Source: Candidatus Sericytochromatia bacterium (lineage in GTDB: Bacteria; Cyanobacteriota; Sericytochromatia; S15B-MN24; UBA4093). Taken from it: a stretch of 64,000 bases of DNA. Shown here piece after piece: positions 48,976-57,358 of this stretch. The stretch is from positions 224,001 through 288,000 of the forward strand of contig JAKFBU010000027.1 of assembly GCA_036676985.1 (NCBI GenBank). Reading direction: 5' to 3'. A program made the position numbers and the translations under genes. The notes beneath the pieces are model-generated. The model saw only the letters and a program-made list of their open reading frames with translations. It had not been told where the DNA came from and did no database searches. How positions within the stretch are numbered: position 1 is the first letter of the stretch; the number at the start of each line of letters is the position of its first letter.

Positions 48976-49242
48976 ATGCACGAGTTGAAGCAGCGACCGT
49001 TCGAGCTCCTCATGCTCCTGGTCTCGTTCCACGAGCGCCGACGCCAGCCGCCCTCCCTGCGGGAGCTGGCGAAGCTCTTGGGGATAGGATCCGTCTCGAC
49101 GGTGCACCACCACGTGACGGTGCTCGAGCGTGAGGGCTACCTTGAGCGCCTGCCCACGCAGAACCGGGCCATCCGGCTGACGGACAAGGCCTTCGAGCAC
49201 TGCCGGCAGTCGCTAAGGACCAGACGCACGGGCCAACGCTAG
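48976..49242 (+). CDS. LexA N-terminal DNA-binding-domain-only protein
   Basis: PPSLRELAKLLGIGSVSTVHHHVTVLEREGYL...RAI; no Ala-Gly site or peptidase domain. Confidence 0.85.
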   Translation: MHELKQRPFELLMLLVSFHERRRQPPSLRELAKLLGIGSVSTVHHHVTVLEREGYLERLPTQNRAIRLTDKAFEHCRQSLRTRRTGQR

Positions 49243-49362
49243 CCCCCGAGCGTCCCTCCGTCCTCCTGAAGCGAGCAAGCGACCGGATTTAGGGCGAATT
49301 GCCCGCTAAGCTTCGGCCGGAGTACCCGTGAACCGAAGCTTGCCCCGTGCAAGCATGGCGCC

Positions 49363-50001
49363 ATGACCACGATCCGCAAACTCGTCCCGCGGGCGATCGT
49401 CCTGCTCGGACTCCTGAGCCCGACCGGGTGCGAGGGCCCTCGACCGGTCGCCCTGCTCGCCTTCTGGGACGCGAGCGCCTCCTCGCTCCCCTTCCAGAAG
49501 GAGTGCCAGGAGATCATCCCGCAGCAGACGCGGCGGCTGCTCCCCAAGGACTCCCTGAGCCTGTACCGGGTGGCCCAGACCGTGACCACCGTGCATGCGG
49601 GCCCCGCGCTCGGCAACAGCCTGAAATCGACCTTCCGGACCTACTTTCAGGTCGATCCGAAGGAGCGGGGCACGTCCATGGGCATGGCCTTCCGCCTGGC
49701 GAGCCGCGACGCCCACCAGCTCGCAACAGCAGGCTATCGCCCGGTCATCCTGTTCCTCGGGGACCTGGCGGACGAACGCGGCCCGGGCACCGAGAACATC
49801 GACTGGGAAAGCCTGCCCCGCCTCGCAGCCGAGCTGCCGCCCGAGACCAAGATCGTCTGCATGTTCAGCGAGCCGCACTTCACCGAGCGTCTCACCTCGA
49901 GCCTGCTGCCCATCCTCAAGGATCGCCTGATCCTCATCAACCCGGAGCTCGCCCGGAGCACCGGCGGGCGCCGGCTCCTGCGCGACGCGATCGGACGCTA
50001 G
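49363..50001 (+). CDS. VWA-like lipoprotein
   Basis: lipobox-like PTGC, MIDAS-like DASAS...GT...FLGD. Confidence 0.7.
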   Translation: MTTIRKLVPRAIVLLGLLSPTGCEGPRPVALLAFWDASASSLPFQKECQEIIPQQTRRLLPKDSLSLYRVAQTVTTVHAGPALGNSLKSTFRTYFQVDPKERGTSMGMAFRLASRDAHQLATAGYRPVILFLGDLADERGPGTENIDWESLPRLAAELPPETKIVCMFSEPHFTERLTSSLLPILKDRLILINPELARSTGGRRLLRDAIGR

Positions 50002-50010
50002 GAGGACACC

Positions 50011-50835
50011 ATGAGCGAACAAGGCAACGTCCTCGCCGAGGCCTTGCTCCAGGCCATCCAGGCCTACCATGCCCATGGCACCAAGGAAGCCGACCTTCGC
50101 CTCGGCCGCGACGACGAGGCCCTCAGAGAGTGGAAGGTCCAGCGCAAGGAGCACCTGCTCGAGGTCAAGGCGCGCGCTCGCGCCTACGAGAATCAGCAGG
50201 ACCTCACGCCGACCGAACGCCAAGAGCTCGGCAGGCGGGGGCACGGCCTGCTCAAGCGGCGCTACGGCCTGTACGTCCTGTCGGGTCTCGTCATCATCGT
50301 GGCGAGCTACCCGGCGAGCCTCTCGGCCGCCACCATCCTCGGCGCCCCGATCACCATGGTCGGGGACATGAAAGTCGTCTGGCCCTTGTGGGTCTGGTTC
50401 TCGCTCTTGGTCCTGGTCGCCGAGCTCCTGCTGGTGACGAGCATCTCGCGGCTGCTCTGGCATGCCGACGTGAGCGCGAACCTCGAGACGGCCCAGGCCC
50501 TGGACGAGTCGGAGCGACGCCAGGGCAAGCGCATGGAGATCCGGGATCCGGCCCAGCAGAAGCGGGCCCGGCTCTGGCTGTGGGGGCAGATCGCGCTCGC
50601 GACGATGCTCGTCCTCATCGACTTCGCGGCCAACGTCCAGTTCCTGTTGACCGAGAGCGAAGCCAGCATGGGCCTCTCCTACTTCCTGGCCTTCGCGGGC
50701 TTCATCTCCTTCATCGGCATCTCCGTCCTGCTCGGCCGCGCCAAGCACCAGGAGGACTGGATCGATAGCGCCCTGCGCAAGAAGCGGGATCCCAAGAACC
50801 GACACTTCGGCGGCCTCGCCAACGGCGGACTCTAG
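50011..50835 (+). CDS. multi-TM hypothetical membrane protein
   Basis: AGGAGG RBS, helical N-terminus, about 4 TM segments. Confidence 0.75.
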   Translation: MSEQGNVLAEALLQAIQAYHAHGTKEADLRLGRDDEALREWKVQRKEHLLEVKARARAYENQQDLTPTERQELGRRGHGLLKRRYGLYVLSGLVIIVASYPASLSAATILGAPITMVGDMKVVWPLWVWFSLLVLVAELLLVTSISRLLWHADVSANLETAQALDESERRQGKRMEIRDPAQQKRARLWLWGQIALATMLVLIDFAANVQFLLTESEASMGLSYFLAFAGFISFIGISVLLGRAKHQEDWIDSALRKKRDPKNRHFGGLANGGL

Positions 50836-50936
50836 CCCGTCGATTCGGGGTCTCGAGCACCCGCCGCTGCGACAATCGTGGGCATTTGGGGTTTAAAGCA
50901 GATAGCCGTTCGCACCGCCCCCCCCCCAGAGGCCCC

Positions 50937-53918
50937 ATGCACGAATCAACCCTTTCCACCTCCTCCGTCACCTCGCCGACCGGGCGCGTGACGCTCGTCT
51001 TCACGGACGTCCAGGGCTCCACCAACCTCTGGGAGCGCCACACCGACGCCATGCGCGCCGCCCTGACGCTGCACAACCAGGAGCTCCGGCAGTTGCTCGC
51101 CCAGAGCGGCGGCTACGAGGTGAAGACCGAGGGCGACGCCTTCATGCTCGCCTTCACCAGCCCCGATGCCGCCCTGCACTGGTGTCTCGCGGCCCAGGAG
51201 ACCCTGCTCGGGCTCGACTGGCCCCACGAGCTCTTGAGCCACGAGGACGCCTGCGAGGTGCACCGCCCGGACGGCACCCTCCTCTTCCGGGGCTTGCGGG
51301 TGCGCATGGGCCTCCACACCGGCGAGCCCGAATGCCGCCCGGACCCCGTGACCGGCCGCATGGACTACTTCGGCCCCATGGTCAACCGTGCCGCCCGCAT
51401 CGCGAGCGCGGCCCACGGCGGCCAGATCGTGGTCGGATCCGACGCCTGGAAGGCACTCGAGACCCGGCTCGCGGAGCTGGGATCCCCCGAGGCCCGCGAG
51501 CTCGGAACCTTCCACTTCAAGGGCCTGCTCGAGCCAGAAGCCCTCGTGCAACTGCTGCCGAGGACGCTCGGCGATCGCGCCTTCCCGCCTCCCAAGGCGC
51601 AGGACGTCAAGAAGACCAACCTGGTCCCGAATCCCAGCCGCTTCATCGGACGCGCGAACGACCTGCGCCGGCTGCAGGACCTCTTCGGCGAGGGGTCCCG
51701 CCTCGTCACCCTGCTCGGCCCCGGCGGCACGGGCAAGACCCGGCTCTCCCAGCAGTTCGCCGTCGAGAACCCGGGCGACTTCGAGGGGGGCGCGTGGTTC
51801 TGCGATCTGACCGAGGCCACCACGGTCGAGAGCATCTGCGAGGCCGTCGCCGCCGTCCTGGACATCCCCCTGACCGTGGCCCGAACCGACGCCGACATGG
51901 TGCGCCGGATCGGAGACGCGCTCGCCGGCCGCTCGCGAACGCTCGTCATCCTCGACAACTTCGAGCAGCTGGTCGAGCAGGCCGCAGCCACCGTCGGCCA
52001 GTGGCTGAAGCAGGCCCCGCAGGGGGTCTTTCTCGTCAACTCGCGCGAGCTCCTGCGTCTGCCGGGCGAGGTGGCCTACGAGCTTTCCCCGCTCGGCCTG
52101 CCGAACGACCCGGCGGACATCGCGGGATCGGAGGCCGTGCAGCTCTTCGTGGACCGCGTGCGCGCCGTCCGACAAGACTACGAACTCGCCGACAGCGAGG
52201 CCGCAACCGTCGCCGAGATCGTGCGCCAGCTGGACGGCATCCCGCTCGCCATCGAGCTCGCCGCGGCCCGCATGAGCGTGCTCACCGCCGCCAAGCTGCT
52301 CGAGCGCCTTCCCAGGCGCTTCGACCTGCTCTCGAGCGGCAGGCGGGATGCCAGCGCGCGCCAGGCGACCCTCAAGGGCCTCATCGACTGGTCCTGGAAC
52401 CTCCTGCAGCCCTGGGAGCAGGCCGCGCTGATGCAGTGCTCCGTCTTCCGGGGCGGCTTCACCCTCGAGGCCGCCGAGGCAGTCCTGGACCTCTCGGACT
52501 ACCCCGACGCCCCCTGGACCATGGACGTGATCCAGAGCCTGCGCGAGAAATCGCTGCTCAAGACCCAGCCCTGCTCTCTGGAGCCGCGCTTCGGCATGTA
52601 CCTGAGCATCTGGGACTACGCGCACCTGAAGCTGGAGGCAATGGGACCGGCAGACGCCGTCCGTGACCGCCATGCGGCTTACTACCTGGACATGGCGCAG
52701 CATGCCAGGGGCATCCTGACCGACCCCAAGACGCTCCCGCGGCTGGCCGTCGAGCGCGAAAACTTCCACGAGATCCATGCCCGGGCCAGCGCCATCTCCC
52801 CGCCCACCGCCGAGAGCGTCAACCGCACTCTGCAGGCCGCCCTGGCGCTCGACCCCGTCCAAACCGTCCGGGGGCCCTTCGGCCCGCACTTCCAGCTCCT
52901 GGACCATGCCCTGCGCCATGCCGAGCTGCCGGGCGTCTCGGCTGCCCTGCGGGGACGGGCCCTGGATGCTCGGGGACGTTGTAACCGCTTGCTCGGCAAG
53001 ATGGCCGAAAGCCTCCAGGATCATCAACAGGCGCTCGCGCTCGCCACCGAAACCGGCGACATGGAGCTCGAAGCCATCAGCAGCCAGATGATCGGACTCA
53101 TCCATCAGAACACGGGCGCCCTGACAGAGGCCAGACAGTGCTACGACCGGGCCCTCGCCATCGCCCAGACGCTACCCGTCAACCCCTACGAAGGCCGCAT
53201 CATGATGGCCATGGGCTACCTGCACCTCGAAGAGGGGCAGCCCGAAAAGGCCCTTCCTATCCTCATCCGATCCGTCGAACTGCTGCATGCCATAGGAGAC
53301 GAGCGCTTCGAGGGCATTGCCCGCAGCCACCAGGGCTATGTCCTGCTCGAATTGGGACGCAACGACGAAGCCTACAAGTGCTTCGAGGCCGCGATCCAGC
53401 TCTGCCGCAAGGTGGGCGATCGCCGCTTCGAGGGGATCATCTACGGCACCTACGGTGATCAGGCCTTCCTCGAATGGCGCCTGGACGATGCCCTCCTCCA
53501 CTACGAGCGGAGCCTCGCCATGGTCCGGGAGGTGGGCGAGCTCCGGTTCGAGAAGCTGTACATGTGTCGCAAGGGAGGCGTACTGGCCGCCATGGATCAG
53601 CACGCCGAAGCCGAACGGGTCCTGGAACGCGTCGGCGCGAACCTGTCGGAGGCCTTCGACCCGGTCAACCGGACCGTGATGGCCCTCCATGCCGCCCAGC
53701 TGCAGCTGGCCCGCGCCCGAGCCGCCACGGCCGCCGGGGGGTACGACGTCGGGCCATGGCTCGCGGACATCCAGACGCTGCTCACGGAGTGCGAGGAGCC
53801 CGGCCCGGCCACCCCGGAGCATCCGAACGGCCAACCCTCCAAGGTCTCGCAGTCCGACGAGATCCGGCTCTCGGTGCGCATGCTGCGCCGCGACCTCGCG
53901 CGGCCGGACTCCAAGTAG
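50937..53918 (+). CDS. class III adenylate cyclase - STAND NTPase - TPR protein
   Basis: FTDVQGST, VKTEGDAF, DYFGPMVNRAARI; GPGGTGKT, LDNFE, LDGIPLAIELAAAR; TPR repeats. Confidence 0.93.
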   Translation: MHESTLSTSSVTSPTGRVTLVFTDVQGSTNLWERHTDAMRAALTLHNQELRQLLAQSGGYEVKTEGDAFMLAFTSPDAALHWCLAAQETLLGLDWPHELLSHEDACEVHRPDGTLLFRGLRVRMGLHTGEPECRPDPVTGRMDYFGPMVNRAARIASAAHGGQIVVGSDAWKALETRLAELGSPEARELGTFHFKGLLEPEALVQLLPRTLGDRAFPPPKAQDVKKTNLVPNPSRFIGRANDLRRLQDLFGEGSRLVTLLGPGGTGKTRLSQQFAVENPGDFEGGAWFCDLTEATTVESICEAVAAVLDIPLTVARTDADMVRRIGDALAGRSRTLVILDNFEQLVEQAAATVGQWLKQAPQGVFLVNSRELLRLPGEVAYELSPLGLPNDPADIAGSEAVQLFVDRVRAVRQDYELADSEAATVAEIVRQLDGIPLAIELAAARMSVLTAAKLLERLPRRFDLLSSGRRDASARQATLKGLIDWSWNLLQPWEQAALMQCSVFRGGFTLEAAEAVLDLSDYPDAPWTMDVIQSLREKSLLKTQPCSLEPRFGMYLSIWDYAHLKLEAMGPADAVRDRHAAYYLDMAQHARGILTDPKTLPRLAVERENFHEIHARASAISPPTAESVNRTLQAALALDPVQTVRGPFGPHFQLLDHALRHAELPGVSAALRGRALDARGRCNRLLGKMAESLQDHQQALALATETGDMELEAISSQMIGLIHQNTGALTEARQCYDRALAIAQTLPVNPYEGRIMMAMGYLHLEEGQPEKALPILIRSVELLHAIGDERFEGIARSHQGYVLLELGRNDEAYKCFEAAIQLCRKVGDRRFEGIIYGTYGDQAFLEWRLDDALLHYERSLAMVREVGELRFEKLYMCRKGGVLAAMDQHAEAERVLERVGANLSEAFDPVNRTVMALHAAQLQLARARAATAAGGYDVGPWLADIQTLLTECEEPGPATPEHPNGQPSKVSQSDEIRLSVRMLRRDLARPDSK

Positions 53919-53988
53919 GCGCACCGGAAGTCGATCGTCCCCCCAGGCCAATCACACGATCCCAGCCTGGATATGGGACACTGGCGGC

Positions 53989-54675
53989 ATGCGCACCGCC
54001 GAACTCCTGACGCTCCTCCAGCGGTTGGGCCTCTACTTCGTCGTCACCCTCTCTCTGGCCTTCCTGGCGCTCGCAGGCTTCGCCGAGCTCGCCGAGGAAG
54101 TCCTCGAGGCGGAATTCAGGGGCTTCGATCGCACCGTACTCACCTGGGTCAACGCGCACGTGCGCCCGGAGTGGACCCCGTACGTCCTGGAGCTCTCGTT
54201 CCTCGGCTCGCCGCTCGGCATCTCCCTCTGCGGCCTGCTGTTCGGCGTCCTGCTGCTCGGCCGAAAGAAGGCCTGGGACGCCCTGACCCTCCTGGTCCTC
54301 CTCTTCGGAGCCGGAGCCCTGACCGTGGGGCTCAAGAGCCTCTTCCGTCAGCCTCGGCCCGACCTCTTCCCACCCCTCACCCTCGAGACCAGCTTCGGCT
54401 TCCCGAGTGGCCACGCCCTGCTCGGGACCTGCTTCTTCGGCTACGTCGCCTACTGGATCGTCGCCCAGGGCCCCAGGAGCTGGTGGCGCTGGGTATTGGC
54501 CGCCCTGTGCCTCGCAACGGCCGTCCTCATCTCGCTCAGCCGCCTGTACCTCGGCGTCCACTGGCCCACCGACCTCGCGGCCGGGACCCTCGTGGCAATC
54601 TTCTGGCTGTCAGGATGCCTATCCATCCGGCGCTGGATCGCCGTCACCCACGCCGGCACGGAAGGGCCGGGCTAG
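53989..54675 (+). CDS. PAP2-family membrane phosphatase
   Basis: K...RQPRP, FPSGHA, SRLYLGVHWPTD. Confidence 0.95.
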   Translation: MRTAELLTLLQRLGLYFVVTLSLAFLALAGFAELAEEVLEAEFRGFDRTVLTWVNAHVRPEWTPYVLELSFLGSPLGISLCGLLFGVLLLGRKKAWDALTLLVLLFGAGALTVGLKSLFRQPRPDLFPPLTLETSFGFPSGHALLGTCFFGYVAYWIVAQGPRSWWRWVLAALCLATAVLISLSRLYLGVHWPTDLAAGTLVAIFWLSGCLSIRRWIAVTHAGTEGPG

Positions 54676-54750
54676 CAGCACCTACTCACTATCCCGACAA
54701 CAAATTCCGTTTGTCTTGAGCCAGGTCGAAAGGCAAACGGTTCCTTACCC

Positions 54751-55299
54751 CTAGCCACGCTCGTAGGGCGTGAACACCTCCACCCGCTCGACGCCGGCCG
54801 AGGTCGTGAATTCGAGGTCCCAGCCCTCGATGGGGATGAGATCGAGCTGGCGGTTGCTCGCGATGAAGGGGATGAACCCCGCGAAGGTCAACGCCTGCCG
54901 CTTGCCCTTGGCAAGGGTCAGGCCCGGCAGGCGGATGGAGGCCGGACGGCTCGACGCTTTGTCGCCCAGCTGGTGCTGGGTCTCGGCCTGAAAGACGTCG
55001 CTCGGCAGCGCGAGCAGGTCGCGCGTGACGTACTCTCCGAGCGCGAAATTGACCTGGAGCTGGGTCCCGGGCACCCGCTCATGGCTGAGCCGGATCCGCT
55101 GCAGGGTGACAGGCCCATACAGCGCCCGGATCGTGAGGTTGACGTGGTAGTAGAGGCGCGGACCCGAGCGCGGCTCCGCGACGGCCGCCTCGATCGTCAC
55201 CTGCAGGGTCGGCTTCCGGAAGAGCTGGACGACGAACCAGGAGCTCGCAACGAGCCCCAGGACGGCGACCACGAGTTTGAGGCTTTCCAGGACGTCCAT
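54751..55299 (-). CDS. N-terminally anchored hypothetical protein
   Basis: N-terminal TM segment, beta-rich soluble part. Confidence 0.7.
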   Translation of the reverse strand: MDVLESLKLVVAVLGLVASSWFVVQLFRKPTLQVTIEAAVAEPRSGPRLYYHVNLTIRALYGPVTLQRIRLSHERVPGTQLQVNFALGEYVTRDLLALPSDVFQAETQHQLGDKASSRPASIRLPGLTLAKGKRQALTFAGFIPFIASNRQLDLIPIEGWDLEFTTSAGVERVEVFTPYERG

Positions 55300-55381
55300 C
55301 GCTACGTGACCCAGGGCAAGGAGTGCCTCCCTATCCTAGCATCACCGGACGAGGAGGGGCCTTGCCTCGGGTCACGATGCG

Positions 55382-55861
55382 CTAGATTCCATTCTCGACC
55401 ACCGGAAACCCGGCCTCCTTCCAGCCGGCGATGCCGCCCTGGAGGAGAAGCATGTTCGTGTTCCCGTAAACCTGATTGACCGCTTGCGCCACACGGGCGC
55501 TACTCGCCTCGTCCACTCAGGCACAGTACAGGACGATGGTCTGATCTCGGCTCAACGTGGGGCCCCACACCTGATAGTCGGCACCCGGCAACGAGATCGC
55601 GCCCGCGATGTGCAGGAGGTCATAGGAAGCGCGGCCCCGGACGTCCGCGATCACGATGTTCTCCCCCTGCGCGATCCGAGTCTGCACCTGCTGGGGCGTG
55701 ATCCGCGTGAGGGAGAAGACGCCGGGCGCGGGTTTGGCTGCTGACTGGGGCGGTTCGGTGCTGCCGCCCGGCGTCGTGGTCGGTGGAGCGTTCGGGGGGG
55801 TCGTGGTGCAGCCCCACAGGACGATGGAAGATAGGGCAATGAATAGGGCTAGGCGTCGCAT
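55382..55861 (-). CDS. rhodanese-domain lipoprotein, probable selenoprotein (CxU, TGA at 55517-55519)
   Basis: lipobox LWGC, DVR...HIAGA, VLYCA-TGA-VDEASSARVAQ...LLQGGIAGWKEAGFPV-TAG. Confidence 0.85.
55486..55516 (-). promoter_or_regulatory. candidate bacterial SECIS stem-loop
   Basis: GCGCC-CGUGU-GGCGC hairpin beginning 16 nt after the UGA. Confidence 0.5.
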
Positions 55862-55985
55862 GGCCGTCTCCTGTTCGAAGGCATGGTTCCTTGCTCTACG
55901 AACGATAATGGACTTCCCGAACCGGGGACACGTCCAGTTTTCCAGGAGATTTTCGGCCGCCCTGTCAGGCTCCGGAGATGCCCGG

Positions 55986-56423
55986 CTAGCCTACCCGCGT
56001 CGCCTTGTACGCCGCTCGGCAGATGGCCAGCGGGGCCGACTCGGCCCGGGCGGAGGCCTCGACCAGCTCGGAGTCCTTGCCGCTGGGGGCGGGGCGCTGG
56101 AACCTCAGCGTGCAGACCCACTCACCGCCCTGAAGGCGCAGGTCGACCTGATCGTAGCCCTCGACCAGGGCCCAGGCCGCGCCGATGTCCGTCGAGTACT
56201 TGGGCAGCGCCTTGATCGAAAAGGTCGCAGGCGTGGCGTAGAGGTTGAGCGTCTCGGCCTCTTCGGCGCTGACCTGCTTGAGATCCTTGCCGCTCGGCAG
56301 GAGCCAGTGGGACGAGGCCAGTCCCAGGCGGATGGGGCCCTCGCCCTCCACCCAGCGCCAATCGAAGAAGAGGTGCGCGATCATCGCATCGCGCTCACGG
56401 ACGGACATTTCGGCTTTGCTCAT
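55986..56423 (-). CDS. phage ABA-sandwich (BC1872-like) domain protein
   Basis: RERDAMIA, PKYSTDIGAAWALVE, SAPLAICRAA. Confidence 0.75.
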   Translation of the reverse strand: MSKAEMSVRERDAMIAHLFFDWRWVEGEGPIRLGLASSHWLLPSGKDLKQVSAEEAETLNLYATPATFSIKALPKYSTDIGAAWALVEGYDQVDLRLQGGEWVCTLRFQRPAPSGKDSELVEASARAESAPLAICRAAYKATRVG

Positions 56424-56522
56424 GGCTCAATTATAGCAACGAAGCCAGCCTGCGCGACAAGCCTCAGGGGCGGCACGACTCGCGTGCCGCCCCTGAGGTC
56501 CGAAGTCCCGTGATCGTGCGCG

Positions 56523-56822
56523 CTAGTCGAAGTCGAAGAGCTCACCGAGGAAGGACTTGTGCTTCTTCTTGTGGTAGCCGTGCCCCTCCTTGTAGTACTC
56601 GCCGTCGTACCGCGGGGGATAGGGCTGCGCCTGAGGGGGATGCGTCTGTGCCTGCGGCCGCATCTCGGCCCGGGGCGCGGCATTAGGAATCGATCGCTCG
56701 ATGATCTTGTCCAACTCGCCGCGGTCCAACCAGACGCCGCGGCACTGAGGGCAGTAGTCGATCTCGATCCCCTGGCGGTCCGACATCACGAGCGCTGCGG
56801 TCTTACAGACAGGACAGTTCAT
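56523..56822 (-). CDS. zf-TFIIB domain protein
   Basis: MNCPVC...RQGIEIDYCPQCRGVWLDRGELDKII...SFLGELFD. Confidence 0.93.
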   Translation of the reverse strand: MNCPVCKTAALVMSDRQGIEIDYCPQCRGVWLDRGELDKIIERSIPNAAPRAEMRPQAQTHPPQAQPYPPRYDGEYYKEGHGYHKKKHKSFLGELFDFD

Positions 56823-56943
56823 AAATCCCTCCATTGTTGGGCGTCATCTTTCTCTATGACAACCGAGAGATCCGAGAAGTTCCCCGGGCCGTACGACCGG
56901 CACGGACCAGCAGCATCGGCGATGGCCCGATCAGCAAACTTGC

Positions 56944-56966
56944 GGATATCCGGATAATCACATATG
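56944..56966 (+). promoter_or_regulatory. candidate ArsR/SmtB operator
   Basis: ATATCCGGATAATCACATAT imperfect inverted repeat just upstream of the ArsR ATG. Confidence 0.45.
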
Positions 56967-56974
56967 CTTGGCTG

Positions 56975-57358
56975 ATGAAATCGCACGATCTACCCAGGAA
57001 GCCGCACCCCGTCGAACTCACGGCGGTCATCAAGACCTTCAAGGCCTTGTCGGATGCCACTCGCCTGCGGATCGTCCTCCTGCTTGTCCACGGTGAACAG
57101 TCGGTTGGGGACCTCGTCGCCAGCCTCGACCTGCCCCAGAGCACCGTCTCGAGACACCTGGCCTTGCTCAGGGCCGCAGAGCTCGTGGAAACGCGGCGCG
57201 TGGGCAGTCATATTCATTACCGGCTCATCAACGCGCACCTGGGTGACCTGGTGCTTCAGGCGTTCTCTCACGCCGAACACGAGCGCCTCGGTCTTCCGGA
57301 CCATGGGTCGAGCGCGGGGCCACTTACCAACCACCACCATCCTGCCGAAAGTTGTTGA
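56975..57358 (+). CDS. ArsR/SmtB metalloregulator
   Basis: FKALSDATRLRI, QSTVSRHLALLR, His-rich alpha5 (HAEH...DH). Confidence 0.92.
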   Translation: MKSHDLPRKPHPVELTAVIKTFKALSDATRLRIVLLLVHGEQSVGDLVASLDLPQSTVSRHLALLRAAELVETRRVGSHIHYRLINAHLGDLVLQAFSHAEHERLGLPDHGSSAGPLTNHHHPAESC

